DNA of 64,000 bases from Nitrospirota bacterium (GCA_963703955.1 CAVPGK010000012.1:32001-96000); one strand, 5' to 3'; shown: positions 31,101-42,264, counted from the stretch's first letter. The notes: generated from the letters alone by a model not told the origin. A program made the numbers and translations.

Positions 31101-31344
31101 CAGGCAGTCGATCGGGACCGGCGTGTTTGGCGGCATGCTCGCGGCCACCTTCTTGGCCATCTTCTTCGTACCGTTGTTTTTTGTGCTCGTTCGCAAGCTC
31201 AGCCATCGGGTGGCTCGACCGACCCCTGCGCCGACTGCAATGCCGGCGCAATCCGAAGGGAACGGCGCTCTGGAGGGTGTTTCGGAGCGTGATGGTTCAG
31301 CGCCCGCAGCGACGAAAGCAGGGTCTCACAAGGATGGAGGATAA
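28097..31344 (+). CDS. RND efflux permease (HAE1, AcrB/MexB-type), two frameshifts
   Basis: GTG start overlapping the upstream stop; FFIDRPIFA, VDDAIVVVENVER, GLSAKNAILIVEFA, RFRPIIMTS; +1 indels near 28689 and 29951. Confidence 0.9.
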
Positions 31345-31346
31345 CG

Positions 31347-32781
31347 ATGCGCGGCGTGGCTATCATAGGATTCGCATTGCTTCTGCTTTCTTGCGCGGTC
31401 GGGCCGGATTACAAGCAACCGGAGGTTGCGAAGCCGGATACGTTCCGCATGGCGGGCGCGGAAGCGGAACTGACATCGATCGCCAATGTGCCTTGGTGGG
31501 AACTCTATCGAGACGAGGAACTCCAAAAGCTGATCCATATCGCGCTGGAGGAGAACAAGGATCTCAAGCGGGCTGTCGCGACAGTCGAGGAGTTCGAAGC
31601 GCGACTGCTCGTAGCCAGAACAGACTTCGCCCCTCAATTCAGCGCGACGGCCAACGCGCCGGCCTTCGGCCGAAAAAGCGTCTTTCTCGTTCCAGGCTTT
31701 CCCAACCCCTTTAATTACTATCTGCAGGGCAATCTCGACCTGGGAACTTGATATCTGGGGGCGGATCCGCCGATCCAATGAGGCGGGCCGTGGAGACTTG
31801 TTTGCTCGAGAGGAGAACCGCCGGGCCGTGATTCTGCAACTTGTGGGTGATGTGGCCCAGACCTACTTCGATCTCCTCCAGTTTGATATGCAGTTGGACA
31901 TCGCCAAACGCACGCTGAAGTCCTGGGAAGAGTCGGTGAAGATCGCTCAGGCCAGGTTGCGACAGGGAGTCATCTCAAAGTTGGATGCCGATCAGTTCGA
32001 AGCCGAACGGGCGAATGCGGCGGCTCGGGCGGCGGAGTTTGAGCGGCAGATGGTTCAGAAAGAAAACGAGATCAGCGTGCTGCTGGGAAGAAATCCTAGC
32101 CAAATCCCTCGGGGTCGATCCCTCACGGAACAGGTGCTGCCGCCGCAAGTGCCGGCCGGCCTTCCGTCGGAGTTACTCCAACGCCGTCCGGATGTGGTCC
32201 AGGCGGAGCAAGGTCTAGCGGCAGCGACCGCAAGGATCGGTATGGCCAAGGCAGACCGGTTTCCCAAGATCAGCATCACCGGCATTCTGGGTGTAGCCAG
32301 TCCACATTTGTCCCAACTTGTGGCCAACGAGACCGCATTCGGCGTTGTAGGCCCAAGCTTGGTCGCACCATTGTTCAATGCGCAGATTTTGGGCTTTCAA
32401 CAGAGAGCGGCTGAAGCGCAAGCTCGGGAGGCCGTGGCTCAATACGAGCAGGCGATCCTTGTGGCCTTTCGGGAAGTCGAGGATGCGCTGGTAGCCGTGC
32501 GCACAGCCCGCGACCAACGCAATGCCCAAGCTGAGCAGGTCGATGCGCTGCGGTCGGCGTTACGTCTCGCTAACCTGCGCTACAAAGGCGGGCTCGCTAA
32601 CTATCTGGATGTGCTCATCGCTCAGCGGAACCTCTTCGAGGCGGAGTTGGCCCTCACGGGAACCCATCGGCTGCATCTCGTGTCGATCGTCCAGCTCTAC
32701 AAGGCACTCGGCGGCGGCTGGTCACCGGACGATACAACCGAGGTCAGACCCGCTGCTTCGCCGGTGAGCCGCCAGGGATGA
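31347..32781 (+). CDS. RND outer membrane factor lipoprotein (NodT/OprM-type), one frameshift
   Basis: LLSCAVGPDY, WWELYRD, WELDIWG (across an indel near 31737), ELLQRRPDV, LYKALGGGW. Confidence 0.9.
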
Positions 32782-32939
32782 TTACACACTGGAGATCGAT
32801 GTATTAACTCCTTCGTAACGCAGGGGCCTGTTTGGTCTCAGGTCATGCCGCACGAGTGAAGGATAGGCTACGATACGCTTTTCGGCGCCGATCGGAGTTG
32901 ACCCGTGCGAAGTAGGAGAGCCTCCAAGAGAACGGCCTC

Positions 32940-34589
32940 ATGACAACCCATCAACTTGCCGGGCAGCCCGCCCCTGTGGAATCGCTGATCGATGTCGCCC
33001 AACTTGAACGGGCGTACTACGGGCGCCTCCCCAACCTGGACAATCCCAGCCAACTGGTCAGCTTCGGGACCAGCGGGCACCGCGGTAGCTCGCTGGAAGG
33101 CAGCTTTAACGAGTCGCACATTCTGGCCATCACGCAGGCTATCTGCGAGTACCGCCGCAGCCGCGGCATCGACGGCCCGCTCTTTATGGGCAAGGACTCT
33201 CATGCTCTGTCGTCGCCTGCGCAGCGCACTGCGCTGGAAGTCCTCGCAGCGAACGCCATCGAGACGGCCATTCAGCGCGATGACGGGGTCACCCCGACGC
33301 CGGTGATCTCGCGCGCGATCCTCGCTCACAACCGCGGGCGCAAAGGCCGGATGGCGGACGGCATCGTCGTCACTCCGTCGCACAATCCACCCGCCGACGG
33401 CGGCTTCAAATACAACCCGCCGAATGGCGGACCAGCCGATACCGATGTCACCGGATGGATTCAAGATAGGGCGAACGCGCTCCTTCGCAGCAGCAACAAG
33501 GACGTTAAACGAATGCCCTTCGCATCAGCCCTCACAGCCGGCACGACGCGTCAGGATGATTTCGTGCTGCCCTATGTCGAGGACTTGGCGGCCGTGATAG
33601 ACATGGAGGCGATTCGTTCTGCGGGCCTTCAAATCGGCGTCGATCCGTTGGGCGGCGCTGCCAATGGCTATTGGACCGTTGTCCAAGAGCACTACCGGAT
33701 AAACATATCGGTGGTCAATCCTACGCTTGACCCGACGTTCCGTTTCATGACCGTGGACTACGACGGTAAGATTCGGATGGATTGCTCAAGCCCTTATGCT
33801 ATGGCGGGACTGGTCAAGCTCAAAGATCGGTTCGATATCGCGTTTGGCAACGATCCCGACTCCGACCGGCACGGCATCGTGACCCGTTCCAGTGGACTCA
33901 TGAATCCCAATCATTACCTCGCGGTTGCCATCCGGTACCTGCTCACGCATCGCCCGCAGTGGCCGGCATCGGCGTCAGTGGGGAAGACGCTCGTCAGCAG
34001 CAGTCTGATCGACCGCGTGGTACAGGATCTCGGGCGGAGGTTGTCCGAAGTCCCTGTAGGTTTCAAATGGTTCGTGACAGGCTTGCTGGACGGCTCGTGC
34101 TGTTTCGGGGGTGAAGAAAGCGCCGGCGCCAGTTTTCTGCGCAGGGACGGCACTGTGTGGACGACCGACAAGGACGGACTCATCCTCGGCCTTTTGGCGG
34201 CCGAGATCACCGCGCGCACGGGGAAAGACCCGGGCGCGCACTACCGGGAACTCGCTGAAGCATACGGCACTCCCTACTATATCCGTATCGATGCCCCGGC
34301 CACGCCCGATCAGAAAAAGCGGCTCGGCAAGCTATCTCCTGCAGCCGTGACCGCTACAGAGCTGGGTGGTGAGTCGATCGTCGCACGGCTCACTCGCGCT
34401 CCGGGGAACGATGCGCCGATCGGTGGACTTAAGGTCGTGACCAAAAACGGCTGGTTTGCGGCACGGCCATCGGGCACTGAGAACATCTACAAATTATACG
34501 CAGAGAGTTTCAAGAGCCAGAGCCACCTCGACTCTATCGTCGCACAGGCGCAGGAGATTGTCGGCCGCGCTTTGAAAAGCGATGAGTGA
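32940..34589 (+). CDS. pgm: Phosphoglucomutase (alpha-D-glucose-1,6-bisphosphate-dependent)
   Basis: [36 protein letters not shown]. Confidence 0.96.
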   Translation: MTTHQLAGQPAPVESLIDVAQLERAYYGRLPNLDNPSQLVSFGTSGHRGSSLEGSFNESHILAITQAICEYRRSRGIDGPLFMGKDSHALSSPAQRTALEVLAANAIETAIQRDDGVTPTPVISRAILAHNRGRKGRMADGIVVTPSHNPPADGGFKYNPPNGGPADTDVTGWIQDRANALLRSSNKDVKRMPFASALTAGTTRQDDFVLPYVEDLAAVIDMEAIRSAGLQIGVDPLGGAANGYWTVVQEHYRINISVVNPTLDPTFRFMTVDYDGKIRMDCSSPYAMAGLVKLKDRFDIAFGNDPDSDRHGIVTRSSGLMNPNHYLAVAIRYLLTHRPQWPASASVGKTLVSSSLIDRVVQDLGRRLSEVPVGFKWFVTGLLDGSCCFGGEESAGASFLRRDGTVWTTDKDGLILGLLAAEITARTGKDPGAHYRELAEAYGTPYYIRIDAPATPDQKKRLGKLSPAAVTATELGGESIVARLTRAPGNDAPIGGLKVVTKNGWFAARPSGTENIYKLYAESFKSQSHLDSIVAQAQEIVGRALKSDE

Positions 34590-34681
34590 TGAATGGCCGG
34601 CGTTCATTCAAGCATGCCGATCGGCCTCAGCTCCTATAGAATGGCTCTCTCTCCTGTTAAGGCCATTGGAGTCTCCATTCC

Positions 34682-35335
34682 ATGACCGCTGATAGCTTTC
34701 GAGCCCATCCATGGCACGGCGTTTCTATTGGCGCACGAGCGCCTCTCACCGTCACCGCGTACATCGAGATCGTACCGACGGACACCGTCAAGTACGAGAT
34801 GGACAAGCTGAGCGGCATCCTGAAGGTGGACCGTCCGCAGCAATTTTCCAACGTATGTCCCACACTGTATGGGTTCATCCCGCAGACCCTCTGCGCGGAT
34901 CGCGTCGGACGATTCTGCAGCGAACGGACGGGCCGCGAAGGCATTGTCGGCGACGGCGATGCGCTCGACATCTGCGTGCTGACGGAAAAGACTATCAGTC
35001 ACGGAGATATTCTCGTCCAGGCCATCCCGATCGGCGGCCTTCGCCTAATCGACCGCAACGAGGCGGATGACAAGATCATCGCCGTCATGCAGGATGATGC
35101 GCTCTATGGTCAGTGGCATGACATTTTCAACTGTCCGGCCTCGGTGATCGATCGGTTGAAACATTACTTCCTCACGTACAAAGACGTGCCAGGCGCAGCC
35201 AAGAAACGGGTCGAGATCACGCATGTCTACGGGCGGGACGAAGCGCATCAGGTGATCGCGCTCTGCTCGGAGGATTACACAGCCGCATTCCCCCGTCCCA
35301 GCCCAGACGCGGCAGTCATCCCTCCCGCACGGTAA
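34682..35335 (+). CDS. ppa: Soluble family I inorganic pyrophosphatase
   Basis: HPWHG, KYEMDK, YGFIPQT, GDGDALDI, EADDKIIAV, YFLTYK. Confidence 0.92.
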   Translation: MTADSFRAHPWHGVSIGARAPLTVTAYIEIVPTDTVKYEMDKLSGILKVDRPQQFSNVCPTLYGFIPQTLCADRVGRFCSERTGREGIVGDGDALDICVLTEKTISHGDILVQAIPIGGLRLIDRNEADDKIIAVMQDDALYGQWHDIFNCPASVIDRLKHYFLTYKDVPGAAKKRVEITHVYGRDEAHQVIALCSEDYTAAFPRPSPDAAVIPPAR

Positions 35336-35364
35336 GATCGAGGCCGGTTTGGTCGGAGGACAGC

Positions 35365-36051
35365 ATGGCCATGGAACTGAGCGGGAAAGTGGTGATGGTG
35401 ACCGGGGCGGGAGGAGGGCTCGGGCAGACGGTGGCTCCGACCCTCCTCAAAGCCGGCGCCACATTGGTTGCGGTGGACCGCCATGCGTCTCATGATGCCG
35501 GCAAGAGACACATTGCCGTCGCGGCCGATGTGACGGATGAAGCCGATGTGCGGCAGGCCGTTTCAGAGAGCCTTAAGCAAGCCGGACGAATCGATTGCCT
35601 GATCAATCTTGTTGGGGGATTTGCGACGGGCCGGATCGCCGACACGGAAGCGTCCCTGTGGCAGAAAATGCTATCGCTGAATCTGACGTCGGCCTTCTTC
35701 CTGTCGCGAGCGGTCATCCCTCATATGATTGAGCGACATTCAGGCCGTATCGTCCACATCGCGGCCCGGGCCGCTGTGGATCCTTTTCCCGACGCTGCCG
35801 CGTATGTGGTCTCAAAGTCTGGCCTCGTCGCACTGATACGGGTCCTTGCGCTTGAACTTGCCGGCACAGGTGTCACCGTCAACGGAATCCTACCGACGAC
35901 GATCGATACGCCGGCCAATCGGACGAGCATGCCAGATGCCGATCCGTCCACCTGGGTCAAACCCAAGTCGATCGCTGAGCTTCTCCTTTTTCTCGCATCC
36001 AACGAATCCGACGCCCTGACAGGTGCATTGATTCCAATCGGCTCGCCCTGA
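35365..36051 (+). CDS. Short-chain dehydrogenase/reductase
   Basis: TGAGGGLG Rossmann motif, YVVSK catalytic motif, IDTPANR. Confidence 0.92.
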   Translation: MAMELSGKVVMVTGAGGGLGQTVAPTLLKAGATLVAVDRHASHDAGKRHIAVAADVTDEADVRQAVSESLKQAGRIDCLINLVGGFATGRIADTEASLWQKMLSLNLTSAFFLSRAVIPHMIERHSGRIVHIAARAAVDPFPDAAAYVVSKSGLVALIRVLALELAGTGVTVNGILPTTIDTPANRTSMPDADPSTWVKPKSIAELLLFLASNESDALTGALIPIGSP

Positions 36052-36264
36052 CTTGGTCTCTGAACGAACGGACTGCGGACCATCAGCACGCTCTCTGAGC
36101 CAAAACCCACGCAGATTATTGTTACAGTGATCACCATCTTGTCTGGCATGTGCTTGGAGACAGGGACTTCACCCTCCTTCGATGAGTTTGCAGGGTTCAG
36201 GACAAATTTGCTATAGTGCCTCCCAGCCCGGATTGATCACGAGTCATTCCGGCATGGAGGGTCG

Positions 36265-36519
36265 ATGAAGTCCGGACAGTCCTATATTGTGGTGGAAGGA
36301 AGGACCTTCAAGAAGGAGAACTTGACGCTTGATAATCATGTCTTCAAGAACTGCGCGATGGAACACTGCCAATTCTACTACAGCGGCGGCCCGTTCGAAC
36401 TGATCGACACCCATATCACCGATTCGCAACTGATCCTGAACCAGCCGGCCAAGAATATCTATTCCGCCATCCAAATCTTCAAAATGAAATCCCCCGGCTC
36501 CGTCATCGTCTCCGACTAG
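36265..36519 (+). CDS. Hypothetical protein (84 aa)
   Basis: GGAGG RBS; upstream TGcTATAGT extended -10-like box; LDNHVFKNC...YSGG. Confidence 0.7.
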   Translation: MKSGQSYIVVEGRTFKKENLTLDNHVFKNCAMEHCQFYYSGGPFELIDTHITDSQLILNQPAKNIYSAIQIFKMKSPGSVIVSD

Positions 36520-36542
36520 ATCAAGCCCCGCTCGCTCTCGGG

Positions 36543-37775
36543 TCAGGACACCGGCACATTGACCGTTCGCTTGATGATCTGAATGGACTGGAAGGCTGGA
36601 TCCTGAGCCCCCTTTGCCGATTCCGCTTCGATTCGTTGAAGAAAAGCGGGTGGTCCCGCAACAGGCGCATAGCTGAGCGACGCCTCCACATCAAACGTTC
36701 GCGTATCTTTAGGCGTTGGGAACGTAAAGGTTTCTACTCTTTTTTCCTCGGGCTTGAGCACGGTGTCTTCCAAGACCTTCGCGGCCTCAAAGTCAAAGAC
36801 GGTCTTCTCCCCTTTGGTATTTGCGTACAGTCGCCCGTAAACTCGTTGCTCCCCGAACACTTTGTTCAGATTCTTCCCCCGAATCGTCAGATCAAGCACA
36901 ACTCTTGCCCAGCCAGGGTGCGTGGTCGGAAGATTGTGCGGCACCAGACTCTGGACGGTGACCGTCACTGTCGTTTGGGCTCCCTTGACCTCAGTCTCCA
37001 CGTCCAGCTTGGCTGCTTCTTGCCGGAGTTTTCCGAGTCGCCCGGGGAATGTGTGATTCGCCACTTTACGCTTGTTCTCCCCGTTGGCCGATTCACCGAC
37101 CTGTTCGGGCATGTGGCAGGTCTGGCACTCCTTGCCTGACTTGACTGTCGGACTGTTCTCCCAATTACCCAGCAAGTCATTGCTCTTGCCAAGATTGACG
37201 GCCGCCGGCACCGAGAGGTGGCAGTTCAGGCAGAGGTCGGATTTCCGAAACAACTCCAGTTCCATGGACTGATGCGCCTTATTTTCAACAAAGTCCTTGT
37301 ACGGGCCGAAGAGTGTCTTACCGGGTTCGTACTTGGGCTTCGGCGGGTTGCTGGTGCGATCGATCTGCTTGATCAGGTGGCATTGGGCACACGCCACGCC
37401 ATCGATCGCGGGATCGCCCGATTGGGTTTGCGAAACAAAAGTTTGGACCTGGTCCATGAATTCGTTGACGTGCGGCGCGTGACACCGGAAGCACAGCGCC
37501 TTGTCTTTGCCGCCTGAGATTGTCATGTACTCGTCCAGCGAGGCTCGAAAGGCCGGGGAATGAATGGATCTTGAGAGTGGCGACGCTTCCCATTCCTCGA
37601 ACACGCGTTCATGGCAACGTTTACATTTGCTGGAACTGGGAAAGATTTTCTCGATCGTCCCTTTTGTCTTGGTCTCCTGGGCGACGCTGAAGCGGGCGAG
37701 CCCCCCGGCCATGACCATGGCGAAGATGATCCCGCCCAAGACAATCCTCTCCCCCATCGTTCTCGATCGCGTCAC
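36543..37775 (-). CDS. Exported pentaheme cytochrome c
   Basis: Signal peptide; five CxxCH motifs (CKRCH, CFRCH, CAQCH, CLNCH, CQTCH); heme-free C-terminal domain beginning near VPHNLPT. Confidence 0.92.
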   Translation of the reverse strand: MTRSRTMGERIVLGGIIFAMVMAGGLARFSVAQETKTKGTIEKIFPSSSKCKRCHERVFEEWEASPLSRSIHSPAFRASLDEYMTISGGKDKALCFRCHAPHVNEFMDQVQTFVSQTQSGDPAIDGVACAQCHLIKQIDRTSNPPKPKYEPGKTLFGPYKDFVENKAHQSMELELFRKSDLCLNCHLSVPAAVNLGKSNDLLGNWENSPTVKSGKECQTCHMPEQVGESANGENKRKVANHTFPGRLGKLRQEAAKLDVETEVKGAQTTVTVTVQSLVPHNLPTTHPGWARVVLDLTIRGKNLNKVFGEQRVYGRLYANTKGEKTVFDFEAAKVLEDTVLKPEEKRVETFTFPTPKDTRTFDVEASLSYAPVAGPPAFLQRIEAESAKGAQDPAFQSIQIIKRTVNVPVS

Positions 37776-37779
37776 GATC

Positions 37780-39093
37780 CTACCCCTTCTTCTCGGGTGA
37801 CAGTGATTTCGTGCGGAATGTTAGGACTCGTGCCTGCGCATATTCCTGGATCAACTTGGTCGCGGCATCACGTTCCTGGTCCGTCGCAAGGGTGGCCAGA
37901 TACCGCGTCTTCAAATCCGCGCTCGGTTCAGGAATCAGCGCGTAGGTCAGGAGGGCCTCGATCGTCGCCGGAGTGCGATTAACCGGCGCTGAGAAGCTAA
38001 AGGGAATCCGGGTGGTGGTGCCGCCTTTGACCAGCGGATCGGGAATCGGTCCTCTGAGGATTTCGTCATACGGCAACCCGAATCGCTTCACCTCGCTGGC
38101 GATAACCTCGCCCTTGGCGTCCTTCAAGATGATGGTGACGAAGAACTGCTTCAGCACCGGATCTCCGTCCGGGAAGCTGTGCGGAAGGCTTCCTGTTCGA
38201 ACCAACACTGTGCCATCCATGCCGGCTTTCTCAGGAGCCATCTCGATGTCCAGCCTCGGCATCCACTCGGCTTGCAAATTTCGGTTCTTCAACATGATGC
38301 CCGGAATCACCACACCCCGGAACCAATGCCGGCCGATCGGACGGGTCAGCGCTCCCCGTTTTGAGGTGGAGCTGCCGGTCGAAGGCTCCATGTGACAGTC
38401 TTGGCACACCGTACCCTGCAGGATTTCCCCCGGAAGGTCCCGACGCGTCACATCCTTGACCTTGTCGAAATGGCACGCGGTGCAATAGTTGGCGCCCCGA
38501 AACAGATCGGACTGAGTTGACGGATGCACGAGGTTTTCTTCTGCGTCGGCGTATGGACCGTAGATCATGTTCCCCGGAGCCAGCTTGAAGGTCGGGGGAG
38601 CCGCGCTCTTGTCCGCCACCGCATTAATGAGATGGCAGGAAGCGCAGCCGATCCCCTCGATCGCAACCTTGCCGGAAAGCACCTGCATGTTGATCTTGTC
38701 GACGTGTTGCGGAAAGACGGTCGTTGCCGGCACATGGCAGGACAGACATTGAACTCGCTGCTGGGGCGTCGGGTTGGTCTGGAGCCAGAGGCCAAGCACG
38801 GTCTTAAATACCGGCGACTCCAGCGAGGTTCCGTGGAGCAACGCGGCATCCACCCGCCCGAACGTCTTGAGGTCAGGCGTTTGCTCCCGCATGCCCTTCC
38901 ATTCTTCATAGTGCCGGTCATGGCATTGCTTGCAATCTTCAGAACGAATGAACGTTTTCTCGATTTCGTCCACCCACGTGTCCGTGATCTGGCCATCGGT
39001 TTTTTGAGCGACCGCCCGGCCGTCATCGATCAGGCTGAAACCGATGAGAAGCGAAAGAAGCGCGACGCCGACCAGTAGGCTGACTTTCCCCAT
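37780..39093 (-). CDS. Exported pentaheme cytochrome c, paralog of the downstream gene
   Basis: Signal peptide; CKQCH, CLSCH, CASCH, CTACH, CQDCH; LPHSFPDG. Confidence 0.92.
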   Translation of the reverse strand: MGKVSLLVGVALLSLLIGFSLIDDGRAVAQKTDGQITDTWVDEIEKTFIRSEDCKQCHDRHYEEWKGMREQTPDLKTFGRVDAALLHGTSLESPVFKTVLGLWLQTNPTPQQRVQCLSCHVPATTVFPQHVDKINMQVLSGKVAIEGIGCASCHLINAVADKSAAPPTFKLAPGNMIYGPYADAEENLVHPSTQSDLFRGANYCTACHFDKVKDVTRRDLPGEILQGTVCQDCHMEPSTGSSTSKRGALTRPIGRHWFRGVVIPGIMLKNRNLQAEWMPRLDIEMAPEKAGMDGTVLVRTGSLPHSFPDGDPVLKQFFVTIILKDAKGEVIASEVKRFGLPYDEILRGPIPDPLVKGGTTTRIPFSFSAPVNRTPATIEALLTYALIPEPSADLKTRYLATLATDQERDAATKLIQEYAQARVLTFRTKSLSPEKKG

Positions 39094-39127
39094 CTCTCGC
39101 TCCCGGACGTCCCGGAGGAGTTTCGAT

Positions 39128-39586
39128 TTAGTCCCGCTTGCACCCGACGAAATGGAAATTGATCACTCCCCCAACACCTTGATTGTCCGGATCCGCTGGC
39201 TCATAAGTTCCCACCGTAAAGTTGCACGTGGGCATGGCGCGCTTCAATGCGTGACCAAAATCCACCAAGTTTCTGACTTCGACCTTATCGATCTCTTTGA
39301 TCACCGCTCGCACTTTGATGCCGGCCAGATCGGCGGGAGTCCCTCCGATCACCTCAAACACCACTACCCCTTCCGGCTTCTGCATCTTCAGCTCTTTCTG
39401 AATCTCCTCGTCCACGGAGTCCACCACGATGCCGAACTCTTCCCCCAGACGCCTGGCTTCGGCCTCCGTCATCTCCCCATTGCTTCCGGATGACGCGGCC
39501 ATCGATCCCCCATTTCCCCCGATCAAGATGATGAGGTACATGAAAAAAGCCCTGCCTAACGGGAGGGCTTTCAGTTGGCTTGGCAT
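39128..39586 (-). CDS. Exported/anchored stand-alone PDZ-domain protein
   Basis: Hydrophobic N-terminus; FGIVV...GVVVFEVIGGTPADLAGIK..VIKEID, similar to an HtrA PDZ domain. Confidence 0.8.
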   Translation of the reverse strand: MPSQLKALPLGRAFFMYLIILIGGNGGSMAASSGSNGEMTEAEARRLGEEFGIVVDSVDEEIQKELKMQKPEGVVVFEVIGGTPADLAGIKVRAVIKEIDKVEVRNLVDFGHALKRAMPTCNFTVGTYEPADPDNQGVGGVINFHFVGCKRD

Positions 39587-39679
39587 GTTAACGACCCGCA
39601 GCCTTTCCCATTCATTTCTGGATGCCGCGTGTGCGGAGTTGCGGCATCACCCGACCTATCCAAGGTACCGTGATCACAA

Positions 39680-40493
39680 TTAGATGACCGCATCGATTGA
39701 GAGCTGAAACCAAGGAGCTACGGCTTTCTGGCCGTTCCGTTCCTTGTTCTCTCCATTCCAGACTGCGAAAGCAATGGTTTGGAGACGGCCCGGTTCAAGC
39801 CTGGCCTCATTGTCCTGGCCGACGCTGGCGAGAGGCCTTCGGATCACCACGTGCCAGACGCCGTCCTTCCACGTCGCTTTTCCCCTGCACCCGTCCTTGT
39901 TCCTCTTTCGTCGTGAGGGTGCTGAACCCTCCTCCGATCAGATCTTCGACCGAGGATTTTCGTCGCGGGATGACTTCGAATCTTCGAACCTCCCCTTCGC
40001 CTTTGCGTTCGGTCGGGCGGACCGCCCGCCGGTCGATGTCGCTCTGCCAATCGGCTTTCCAGTGCCAGATGTTGATGTAGTGATCCAGTTGCCCATGCAG
40101 AAAAAGGCCGGCGCATCGCCGAGCGGCAGTCCGATGGCCGCACCATCGCGAAACGTGCCGGGCGTCAGCCGATCGTTCTTGGTGTTGTCCTGCCATTCAA
40201 GCAAGAACGCGATCTCCGTCCCATCATGTACGGATCGCACCGTCAGGGCGCGCTGCCGCCGGTTCCGGCCACACTGGTCTGGTGATCACCTGACCGCTCA
40301 GAGGCAGCGTCATCGGAGGAATCTTGTCCCAGGCCGGGTCTTCAGGAGCCGTAGGAATTGCGCCGGAAATCAGGTGGGAGCGGATAAACATGCCTGCGAG
40401 CTGACGATCGGAATCCCGAACGATGCGAGGATCAAGGCGCAGACCATCAATGCCAGAAGGAACGGAGGAATGGCAGAGAGACCGAACACTCAT
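39680..40493 (-). CDS. EbdC-like heme-b subunit (ethylbenzene dehydrogenase gamma family; NxrC candidate), multiple frameshifts
   Basis: Joining frames gives LPLSGQVIT..EIAFLLEWQD..FRDGAAI..FFCMGQ..INIWHWKADWQ..SSVEDLIGGGFSTLTT..AFAVWNGENKERNGQK..IDAVI*, colinear with 46202..47155. Confidence 0.8.
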
Positions 40494-40593
40494 TCGCCTC
40501 AATCGCGCCATACCGAAGCCTCGCTCGAATCCGCCGACACACTGGCGTGACTCTCGGTGCTCGCTCGCCACAGCAGGTCCTGCCTGCCATGCA

Positions 40594-41850
40594 TTACCAC
40601 AATTTGGCTCGACGGATCTTGTTCTCGCTGCGTTCGCAGATGTAGGAGGTGCCCCTGGGAATCGAGCGCCAGGCCGACCGGCGAATTGACGACCGCCTCG
40701 ACCGCAAGAAGGCCGTCGCCGTGTTTAATCATGCCCGCGGCTTCCTTGGCGACGAATCTCGCCATCCCGCACCCGCCCATGTTCTTATCCTCATATCCAC
40801 TGTCTCCGTTGCCGGCGATAGTGGTGATGACTCCCGTCTTGGCATCGACTTTTCGCACTCGATGATTCATGGTGTCGGAGACGTAGAGATTCCCCTGAGG
40901 GTCGAAGACCACGGCTTCCGGCGCATGCAACATCGCCTTCACGGCCGGCTTCTCATCCCCGTCATAGCCGTACCGACAGACGCCGACGACAGTGCGAGAT
41001 GAACGCCCGAATTCCGATCGATCTTTCGGACTCGATTACTCCCCTTGTCCACACAGTACACATCGCCGTGGCTGTCCACGGCGATGCCGACGACGTCGTA
41101 CAACCTCGCCTCGAGTGCGGGCCGGCCGTCATCCAGATAGAGAGATAAGTCCAAACCATCGGAACATTCCGGCCTCAACCAGCCATGGTCGTCGCTGAAG
41201 TCGATGCCGATGGAATCACCGGACAGCACCACGAGGTTCCTGGCGACCAAGGGTTGCTCGCGGGCGTCATCGTCGACCGACCAGGTTCCGGCAATGGTCG
41301 TCGCCTTCCGGTTCCGGGGTCATACCGACGAATCCGATGGGCTTGTGTGTCGGCGATATACAGCACATCGTCGGCGTCGAATGCGATCGCGGCCGGGTAG
41401 GTCAGATTGATCTCAAGAGCAGGCCCATCACCATTGAACCCGAATCGTCCCGTTCCGACGACGGTGGTAATGATGCCCGTCTCGTGATCCACCCGACGGA
41501 TCCGATTGCTGCCGGAATCGCACACATAGAGATTGTTGTGGGAGTCGAAACGCGACGCCAAGGGGCAAGTACAGGCCGGCCTCTCCACACAATCCCGAGT
41601 CGCCGCTATAGCACGTTTCCCCGATTCCCGCGAAATTATGCAGCGTGCCTTCTTTGAGATCGATCCGGCGGACACGATCCGAGCCGGATTCGGCGAAATA
41701 CAGATACCGCTCGTCCTTATCGACAGTGACGTCATGGGGAAGCGGCACCCCGGCTTTCGTCGACAGTTTCCCGTCTCCAGTGCTCCTGGCTTTTCCGTTA
41801 CCGGCGAATGTTTCAATGTACCCGGCGCCTAACTCAACTTCGGTTCCCAT
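40594..41850 (-). CDS. NHL-repeat beta-propeller protein, multiple frameshifts
   Basis: Repeated LYxxDxxxxRIRxxD..G.ITTxAGxG units across ORFs 41428..41850, 41175..41816, 40939..41250 and 40499..40942; reconstructed end YICERSENKIRRAKLW*. Confidence 0.82.
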
Positions 41851-41933
41851 GGCCAGTTCCTTCCTATGCGCTCATCGACTGCCCATGCCTCACCGCTGGA
41901 ACGGAAGATGACATGGGACTCCGCTCTGGTCCG

Positions 41934-42242
41934 CTACACTTTCGATGGAGGCGGTACCGCCGCAGCGTGAGAATCCGGCACCGGCACCTGGATGGACGGC
42001 GCGGCTTGCGAGACTTGCGCCGCGCTTTGCATCGGCTGTCCCTGCGAGACGCCCTCGGTCTGCGTCTGAGCTTGCGCCTGGGCTTCAGCTTCGATGGCGT
42101 CGGCTTCGTGAACGGATTTCTTGAAGCCCTTAATCGCCTTTCCCAACCCTTCCCCTAACTGAGGAAGTTTCCCGGCCCCAAAGATGATCAAGACAATGAC
42201 CAAAATCAGAATCAACTCCGTGAACCCAATGCTTCCAAACAT
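41934..42242 (-). CDS. tatA: Twin-arginine translocase subunit TatA/E
   Basis: [42 protein letters not shown]. Confidence 0.93.
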   Translation of the reverse strand: MFGSIGFTELILILVIVLIIFGAGKLPQLGEGLGKAIKGFKKSVHEADAIEAEAQAQAQTQTEGVSQGQPMQSAAQVSQAAPSIQVPVPDSHAAAVPPPSKV

Positions 42243-42264
42243 AGATGTGACTCTCCTTCATAGT

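Noticed and set aside
26997..31251. Long antisense ORFs (e.g. 26997..27998 and 29944..31251; likewise 12763..13761, 56950..57879, 60658..61740)
   Set aside because: Shadow ORFs opposite well-supported genes in GC-rich DNA, with no recognisable motifs
36543..39093. NrfA or hydroxylamine oxidoreductase assignment for the multiheme cytochromes
   Set aside because: No CxxCK motif and five rather than eight hemes
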